A stretch of 45,587 nt of DNA from a virus. Shown here piece by piece: positions 39,221 to 45,587 of this stretch. Below the pieces are notes generated by a model. The model saw only the letters and a list, made by a program, of their open reading frames with translations. It was not told the DNA's origin and searched no databases. Each line of letters begins with the position of its first letter. Position 1 is the stretch's first letter. The stretch is from IMG/VR virus record IMGVR_UViG_3300000944_000005, positions 110,039 through 155,625 of that record; one strand, written 5' to 3'. A program made the position numbers and the translations under genes.

Positions 39221-40741
39221 TTAGTTAGCGTAATTCTGCAATACAACCAGGTTTGCTGTCAACGGTAAATTGTGATCAGTTTCAGGAACAGTTCCTAAAA
39301 ACGCCAGCTTATAGAGTGCATACTCTTCAGCCATGCGGCTAATAGGGGAATTATCTGAAGCTACTTTCTCACGTTCCAGTGTTGGTCGCAAGGCCGATGC
39401 TTCCTTTAAACGCAAAGCTGCCCGGGTTGATCGGCGTTCCACATACTCGGGAGCCAACGACATATCAGGAGCTAAACGTTGTGCCCACCCTACAAATGCA
39501 GAGGGGACAGCGGTCTCAGCTGCAGCATAATGGCTTTCCTTGATTCGCTCAGGTAAGTCACCATTTGCGAGTAAACGCGTGTAAATACCTGGTAATTCAC
39601 GGGAAACTAACACTGCGGCTTCGGCTGCTTTTTCAAACGGTTGACCTGCCACAAGCTCGATAAATCGGTCAAGTGGAAGACATACTCGTTCATCTGCTAA
39701 CGCCTTCAAAGCATAAGCAAATTTTTGTTGGAAAAATTTTGGTACTTCTAACGCATTAGTATCGCGAAGATCCGAATCAAAATTGGGTAAATAAACTGAA
39801 GCGACTGGTAACTTACCGTCGATAATGTCAGCTTCTTTATCGGCAAGTTGATAAGCTATTTTTACCAATTGTTGTATGTGTTTAGGGTGTTGGCCGTCAA
39901 CCATCAGCTCGTAAGGTACGGTAATACCCATTTGCTCAGCTAGTTCAGCGCTTTTGACGATACGCCCTGACGCGGCTGCTTGTTTCTCCAGTGACCCAGT
40001 AACGTAGGCAATTCGATCAGCTGGTCGGAACACGTTTGAGATATCGAAGAAGGTTGGGCTTGGGTTATCCGCGTGTAGTTGATGGATACCCCCGTCAATT
40101 TCGACTAACGCACCAAGGTGATCACGAAGCCCGCCGGCTTTACACATCCCACCTTGATGTGTACCGGAACAATAATCTCTTGTCTGAGGGGCTTGGTTCC
40201 CGCAGTACGAACAAACGTCGTAGGCAACTTTACATGCCATAGAGACCGGGATCTCTTTACCCTGAGCCAGCTTCTCCATCTCGCGATCAGCAACAAGACC
40301 ACCGTTACGTTTAGCGGCGGAGTCAGTACTGTTCAACGCGACCAACAACTCAATCCGTTTCATCGGATTGTGCCACGCTGATTTAACCAGACGACCGTAA
40401 GACTTCTTTGGGTCTTTATTAATATGGTTGCGATAGAAGCGAGCGTACTTTACAAAACTCGGATGGTACTTCTTACATGTCTCTCGTCGAAACCCATCAC
40501 CATTCCGATTAGCACCATAATCCTCAGTCGCACCGACCGCGAGCATGTGGATCAGTGTTTCATCTTTACCGACTTTCTCGCGGAGGGAATCAAGGTCACG
40601 CAAGATATCCACAGACGCGCGCTTTTCGAACGCACGTTTCTCGACCGGGTCGAGGATACCTCGCCGTGTAAGTCTAACTTCTTGAATCCGGGGCTCGTCA
40701 AAATTACCTGAGCCTTCGGAGATTACTTTGATCATTGACAT
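39221..40741 (-). CDS. Prohead maturation protease-like protein with Cys-rich insertion
   Basis: NRNGDGF, FYRNH (His), VSMAC (Ser) and FFDISNVFRPAD match the order of HK97/herpes-fold protease motifs; CSYCG...C...C insert. Confidence 0.7.
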   Translation of the reverse strand: MSMIKVISEGSGNFDEPRIQEVRLTRRGILDPVEKRAFEKRASVDILRDLDSLREKVGKDETLIHMLAVGATEDYGANRNGDGFRRETCKKYHPSFVKYARFYRNHINKDPKKSYGRLVKSAWHNPMKRIELLVALNSTDSAAKRNGGLVADREMEKLAQGKEIPVSMACKVAYDVCSYCGNQAPQTRDYCSGTHQGGMCKAGGLRDHLGALVEIDGGIHQLHADNPSPTFFDISNVFRPADRIAYVTGSLEKQAAASGRIVKSAELAEQMGITVPYELMVDGQHPKHIQQLVKIAYQLADKEADIIDGKLPVASVYLPNFDSDLRDTNALEVPKFFQQKFAYALKALADERVCLPLDRFIELVAGQPFEKAAEAAVLVSRELPGIYTRLLANGDLPERIKESHYAAAETAVPSAFVGWAQRLAPDMSLAPEYVERRSTRAALRLKEASALRPTLEREKVASDNSPISRMAEEYALYKLAFLGTVPETDHNLPLTANLVVLQNYAN

Positions 40742-40759
40742 TTATAATTTCCGGAGAGG

Positions 40760-41779
40760 TTATTCCGTACGACCTGATATGTGCCCACCAAATAATGCAT
40801 TACTTGCTGCACCGGCAAGACCACCAAGGTATTTACCTTTGTTGCGGTTAAAGTGCTGCCCGCCTCGACGCAGGTATGATTGATTTGCGTTAAAGCCACG
40901 TAACGCCTTTTGTTGTCCTGATGTTGGTATAAATTTACCTGGTGTTGTAGTACCTACATTTGTGTGTTGTTGAAACGCCATATTAGGTTTACGCTTACCG
41001 CCCATAATTGGTACCTGGATTTTTTCTTTACCACCAGTAAACGGGACTGTCATGGATGGTGACTTAAGTGGTGTAGTACCAGAACCTTTATTTGATACAG
41101 GGTTTGATTTTAGTATTCGCTCACCGACGTGACCATCTACACTCGGCGGTAATGCTTTGTGTTTCTGTTTGTATTTAGTCAGATTTTTTAACGTTTGTTT
41201 ACTTTCAATACCTGAACGTAAACGTTTATCCATCATATCTCCAGCAGCTGCCCCAGTAACGGCTAAACCACCAGTTCGGATTTTATCACTGAGATTACCA
41301 GCAACGTTTTGTCCTACAGTAGATGCGTAAATCGGATTACCATTAGAATCTATACCTTTAGTACCAAACAAAAGCTCAGACAATGTAGACTTTCGGGATC
41401 CGTCTTTATCGGTATCTGTTTCGTTACCGGTTCTCCATGTCCACGGTGACGGGGTTGGGTTATCGGTGGTGGTACCAGTTGAGTTGGCATCTATTAGTTT
41501 TTTACCTTGATCCCATGCAATAGTACCAAGCCCACCTACACCAGCACCAAGTAAACCACTCAAAACAGCGTTACGTAAATACTGTTTGTCTTCTTCTTTT
41601 TTATTGGACATCGCTGTTCCAATTAAACCAGTAGCAAGTCCACCACCACCGAAGAGTAATGCGTTACGTAACGCTGGGGACATAGCTTGTTTTTCTAAAC
41701 CGTTAGCTGCACCCATACGGGCACGTAGCCCGATAAACGTCGTAGCTTGAGCAAGAGTCATGTTAGATGATTGAGGCAT
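40760..41779 (-). CDS. Glycine-zipper basic protein (putative internal/ejection protein)
   Basis: GGAG before ATG 41779; GxxxG hydrophobic segments after LEKQA; more AT-rich than neighbours. Confidence 0.55.
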   Translation of the reverse strand: MPQSSNMTLAQATTFIGLRARMGAANGLEKQAMSPALRNALLFGGGGLATGLIGTAMSNKKEEDKQYLRNAVLSGLLGAGVGGLGTIAWDQGKKLIDANSTGTTTDNPTPSPWTWRTGNETDTDKDGSRKSTLSELLFGTKGIDSNGNPIYASTVGQNVAGNLSDKIRTGGLAVTGAAAGDMMDKRLRSGIESKQTLKNLTKYKQKHKALPPSVDGHVGERILKSNPVSNKGSGTTPLKSPSMTVPFTGGKEKIQVPIMGGKRKPNMAFQQHTNVGTTTPGKFIPTSGQQKALRGFNANQSYLRRGGQHFNRNKGKYLGGLAGAASNALFGGHISGRTE

Positions 41780-43157
41780 CTGCGCTCCCTGGCATTGGAG
41801 TAGATTGACGGCGAAGTTTATCTTCGAAACCAAGTAATTGGTCCTGTTCAAATGTATCCAGTTGTCCTTGTTGCAACTGTTTACGTAACAAACTTTGTAT
41901 CAACATCCGCTGATCCGCCACTGATGGAGAGATTTGTACGATGTCGTTGTAAGCGTTGGCTACTTGATCAGGTTGATACCCGGAAATTACGTCGTCGTTC
42001 AACATAAGATCCTGTAACATTGCCTGGGAGTTAATACCACGCAACTTGTTCTCGTGAGTTGGGTCTTCCAGCGCCTGTACGGTGCTGTTGACGCGAGCAG
42101 TATCGTCTGGACCTTTCAAGTTATTGGCGACGTCACCCATAGTGTTTTTCAACAACGTATAGGCACCCAGTGGACGGAGTGGATCAAATGCTCGTTTTTC
42201 CCCACTCTCAGATGATCCACCCAAAATCGAGTGACTGACGAGTGGGTTGACGAAAGGGGCTATTGTGTCGTCCGCTTCTTTCGTATGCTGTTCAAGTAAC
42301 GCGTCGTACGCAGCTTTCTTTTCTTTGTAAATATCGATTTGCTGGACGATCCCTGCGATCATAGGAAATGGTGCTTCTTTGCAATCGAGCGATTCAACAG
42401 AAGCAAGTTTAGCGCGACCTGGGATTCCTAGCATCGAGTTACCGATACGATGGTTGGCGAGTTTAGTCAACGCTGGTGTGACTTTAACTAACTCGTCCAT
42501 AATCTGCTCACCTTTATCCCCGTGCAGTAACATCACTGCTTCTTTAACAACAGGGATGGATTGGGCGTCCGGTTGCCGGAAGTAAGATGTGAGCTCCAAA
42601 AAAGCGTCACTAAGTTGATCAAAGGCGCTGGACTTCTGGCGGCGAGCTTCCGCAACCTCGATCTTCAACTGTGCGATCTTTGTCATTGCACGTTTTACTT
42701 TAGCCCCTTCATCTTCAGGTAGTGATGGGGCTTTCTCGATCGTCGTACCGTTGAACTCTCGCCAGTTGACATGATTCGCGCGTTTCTCTGTTGCAGCTTT
42801 ACGTGCAAGCATTGCAGCAGGGCCGCGGCCGTAATCAGTTGAGACAGCAGTCTCGTGTTCGATCGCGGCAGCAGTCTTAACGTTGGACGGGTATAGTCGT
42901 TCTAGAATCGCGTTAGGGTCAGCGAGACTGAACTCAGCGGATTTGGTGAAAGGGTCAGCGCCTTCGATACGTTGCCGGTTCGTACGTCCTGTGTTAAACG
43001 CATGAATGACCAAGTTAATCTCACCTGGTCGTAGTCCGGATTCTTGGGCGATCTTAACGATCGCATCGTCAGGTGTTTCACCATTACTGACAAGAGCTGC
43101 GGTTTTTTCGATAACCGACAGCAATTTTTTTTCAGTTGCGGGTGTAATCTTTTTCAT
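41763..43157 (-). CDS. Helical head-block protein rich in K-x-A
   Basis: ATGA coupling; GGAGG RBS; EKTA, VKTA, EKRA x2, TKLA and others. Confidence 0.65.
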   Translation of the reverse strand: MKKITPATEKKLLSVIEKTAALVSNGETPDDAIVKIAQESGLRPGEINLVIHAFNTGRTNRQRIEGADPFTKSAEFSLADPNAILERLYPSNVKTAAAIEHETAVSTDYGRGPAAMLARKAATEKRANHVNWREFNGTTIEKAPSLPEDEGAKVKRAMTKIAQLKIEVAEARRQKSSAFDQLSDAFLELTSYFRQPDAQSIPVVKEAVMLLHGDKGEQIMDELVKVTPALTKLANHRIGNSMLGIPGRAKLASVESLDCKEAPFPMIAGIVQQIDIYKEKKAAYDALLEQHTKEADDTIAPFVNPLVSHSILGGSSESGEKRAFDPLRPLGAYTLLKNTMGDVANNLKGPDDTARVNSTVQALEDPTHENKLRGINSQAMLQDLMLNDDVISGYQPDQVANAYNDIVQISPSVADQRMLIQSLLRKQLQQGQLDTFEQDQLLGFEDKLRRQSTPMPGSADASII

Positions 43158-44134
43158 GCGTTAGGACCCTCCAGGACCTGAGTGTTATCCGTAACAGGGA
43201 AAGCCATAGTTTTAATGACTTCACCGTTGAGAATCGGCTTACCTACCGAGAGTCGCATAATCTCTTCATACGTCAACTCGACAGCCGTCTGCTCGTAAGC
43301 TTGGATCGTAGGATTCAAGATAGCCGTACCACGTGGGTCACGACCGCCGACATTGAATGGAAGACACTCCATCATCGTATCAATATGATCCAGGATCTGT
43401 GCTTGCGACTTCCCTGCGTCGTCTGAGTTCCGCTCTACTTCAACAAATTTAGTGAACTGGTCCATCAATGCGAGTTGATTGTACTGATTTACCTCAACTG
43501 TTTTAACAGCAACTGCGGCTTTTAATTTTAAAGTACTGACGGCGTCATCCATAATAGCAGCATTCACTGACTCGGATGTACCACACCACACGGGACTGGC
43601 GAATTTACTTTCCAAGGCTCTAACGACGTGAGGTCCTAGAAAAAATCCGTACAATTTCCATAGTAAATCGTAATGACGCTCGGATAATCCGCGGTGTATC
43701 GCGGGTCCCATGACGCAGTTCAGGATGTAGCTCGGGTGCATCATCTTGTCTCTAACATTGAAGAATACCGCTTCGTACGCTTCAACTACTGCCTCTATGA
43801 CACCTAGTTGGAATGCGATACTGCGGTTATCTAGTCGTGCCAGAATGTACGCTTCCATTGCGTGTTTTTGAGGGCTCGTGTTACTCCATAAATGGTGTGC
43901 CCAAAACAATCCAGGATATCTATCGGATAATACGATCCGATCTCGCCCGTGTGTTGAGGTACGTAATAACTGTTGGCGGAATATTCTTGCTTTGTTAATC
44001 CATGCATATCCTTCTAAACCGTCGCGACGTTTGGTAGTAGGTAGTCCGTGACCTTCTAATATTTCGGTCGCGCGACCCCACCGCCAATCTGCCGCGCGGA
44101 AAGGATTTGAGTAGGCTATTGCAAGTGCTGACAT
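43154..44134 (-). CDS. Hypothetical protein
   Basis: 326-aa ORF, tightly packed and co-oriented. Confidence 0.75.
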   Translation of the reverse strand: MSALAIAYSNPFRAADWRWGRATEILEGHGLPTTKRRDGLEGYAWINKARIFRQQLLRTSTHGRDRIVLSDRYPGLFWAHHLWSNTSPQKHAMEAYILARLDNRSIAFQLGVIEAVVEAYEAVFFNVRDKMMHPSYILNCVMGPAIHRGLSERHYDLLWKLYGFFLGPHVVRALESKFASPVWCGTSESVNAAIMDDAVSTLKLKAAVAVKTVEVNQYNQLALMDQFTKFVEVERNSDDAGKSQAQILDHIDTMMECLPFNVGGRDPRGTAILNPTIQAYEQTAVELTYEEIMRLSVGKPILNGEVIKTMAFPVTDNTQVLEGPNA

Positions 44135-44141
44135 AAAAAAG

Positions 44142-44594
44142 TTACGAACCTAAATCGACAGGTGCGATGACTATCTTCAAGAAGAATGGTCCCGCGGAGT
44201 TGGTGTTGATACGCATCCACAATCTGCGAATGTTGTTAGTCGGAGTACCATCACTGTTAACGTAGTCGAGTTCCAACTGTGTTTCTGAATACTGCCCGTC
44301 TGTGATCTCTAATGGACCTGTGACAGAGTAGACAGCCGGTGGTGCAACCACTGGCTCTGGATCTGGTGGTGGGTCAGTTGGTTCTGGTGGGTGAAAGAGT
44401 TCAATGATTTTTTCAGAATCATAAATCTCAAACTCCCCGGCTGCAGTACCTGTCGAGTCGATAAGTTGAATGGCCTTAATCTGTCCGCGGTGTGGTACAT
44501 CGAGCCGGATGATGAAGTCATCACCAACGCCGATGCCGTCTTCACCTTCCACCACGTCAAACTGTTTAGGTCCGTATTGCCAAGTAGTACCCAT
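44142..44594 (-). CDS. Hypothetical acidic beta-rich protein with Pro-rich loop
   Basis: 150 aa; GGAG upstream; PPEPTDPPPDPEP insert. Confidence 0.7.
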   Translation of the reverse strand: MGTTWQYGPKQFDVVEGEDGIGVGDDFIIRLDVPHRGQIKAIQLIDSTGTAAGEFEIYDSEKIIELFHPPEPTDPPPDPEPVVAPPAVYSVTGPLEITDGQYSETQLELDYVNSDGTPTNNIRRLWMRINTNSAGPFFLKIVIAPVDLGS

Positions 44595-44600
44595 TGGTTA

Positions 44601-45587
44601 TTACATCTCCGTCGCTGAACCTAAATCGATGTCACGTACATCTTCTTCAGGATATGGTTCAATAGTTTTTTGTTTCAAGAACAAGATCACGTCGCCGATC
44701 ATCTCGAATGTGTTACGGATAGAGTCTTCCAATTCAGGAAGGTCTTGTTTTCCATAACGACCAGCGAACTTATCTTGATGCCAGTAGAACATGAACAAGA
44801 TACGACCTACACGATCCATACCCTTGATGAGGTCGGGTAGGTAACGATCAATCATCGTATCGTCCCGTACGGCCTTAAGCATCGAACCGATCATTGCTGT
44901 ATCGAAGACTTCCTTCTGTCCGGTTGCCGCAGCCTGCATAACACCATTAGCGTCCATGGGTTCTTCCATGTTAGCTGGATTGACGTTGTATACCGATGGG
45001 TCGGTCAACGCCGCAGACATTCCAGGTACTTGCATCTCCATAGGTGTACCGTCCACTGTCGGCCCAGCAAATCCCATTGGGTTGTGTCGACCCATATCAG
45101 GTTCTGGGATAGCCGGAGCAGATGGGGCACCTTGTGTGAGGAACGGACTAGCGTACTTCACAATGCACTCAAAAGGTTCGTTACGTAGTCCTACGTAATT
45201 TGATTGAGCCTCTTTGAGCATGTGCCGGCTGATGTCTTCACGGAAACCGTGATCAGCGACCAAGTGAACGACCGCTTCGATTTCAGGAAGCACACGACTG
45301 TCGTTGATACTGTAACCCCCGACAGACGCAGCGATCTTGAGTCCGGCTGTCTTAGTCATGATGGACAACGTCGCGTCCATGATGTTTCCAGGTTGAATTG
45401 GTGGAGTCTCCGATTGTTTGTCGTCAAACGGGGACATTGGTACACAGCAACCGAACTCTTTATCTTTCTTTGCTCGCGCGTCTTGAGCCGACGACGAAAC
45501 CTTCAAAACTTTGAACTCGGTCGGGATGAACACGTCACCATGATTGGATCGCATATCCGTACCGTTTTTGGACTTCAAGTGGATCCG
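44601..45587 (-). CDS. C-terminal part of a larger head-block protein (5-prime truncated)
   Basis: Frame stays open to the window edge (CGG ATC CAC TTG...); TKTA, LKIA, LKEA, VKYA motifs. Confidence 0.7.
   Translation of the reverse strand, partial: RIHLKSKNGTDMRSNHGDVFIPTEFKVLKVSSSAQDARAKKDKEFGCCVPMSPFDDKQSETPPIQPGNIMDATLSIMTKTAGLKIAASVGGYSINDSRVLPEIEAVVHLVADHGFREDISRHMLKEAQSNYVGLRNEPFECIVKYASPFLTQGAPSAPAIPEPDMGRHNPMGFAGPTVDGTPMEMQVPGMSAALTDPSVYNVNPANMEEPMDANGVMQAAATGQKEVFDTAMIGSMLKAVRDDTMIDRYLPDLIKGMDRVGRILFMFYWHQDKFAGRYGKQDLPELEDSIRNTFEMIGDVILFLKQKTIEPYPEEDVRDIDLGSATEM

Noticed and set aside
1-45587. Plus-strand ORFs in the track (e.g. 1513..2088, 37738..38247, 28266..28778)
   Set aside because: All are antisense shadows of long minus-strand genes, often over low-complexity repeats, with no recognisable motifs.
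1-45587. Stop-codon reassignment as in some large phages
   Set aside because: TAA, TAG and TGA all end genes at tight junctions, and coding density is already near complete under code 11.
41763-45587. Portal or terminase among the upstream head-block genes
   Set aside because: No Walker A/B, nuclease or portal motifs recognised; left as hypothetical.
1-45587. Host assignment, tRNA genes, integrase or att sites
   Set aside because: Intergenic gaps are short with no cloverleaf, no recombinase is present, and nothing in the window identifies the host.

Overview
The whole window is one gene-dense, co-oriented (minus-strand) virion morphogenesis region of a large tailed phage with a contractile tail (myovirus-like, GC roughly 48% by eye, standard genetic code). 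It has about 40 CDSs, many coupled by overlapping stop/start codons. Transcription order runs from high to low coordinates. Head block: several putative internal/scaffold proteins, a prohead-protease-like protein, a decoration-like protein and the major capsid protein. Then neck/adaptor proteins, tail terminator, sheath, tube, a gp5/VgrG-like spike, a chaperone pair with a candidate -1 frameshift, tape measure, tube initiator and hub. Then an embedded sigma-70-family factor, gp25-like and J-like baseplate proteins, a fibre-like protein, five tandem paralogous Cys/acidic proteins and a collagen plus Cys-repeat protein. No portal, terminase, tRNA, CRISPR or mobile element is visible. Most notable: a K-x-A motif saturating head proteins next to a protease (candidate maturation code), a sigma factor wired into the baseplate operon, the five-paralog array, and a shared Ser-rich SSMS micro-motif across six exterior proteins. 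All product calls come from motif recognition and synteny, not database searches.
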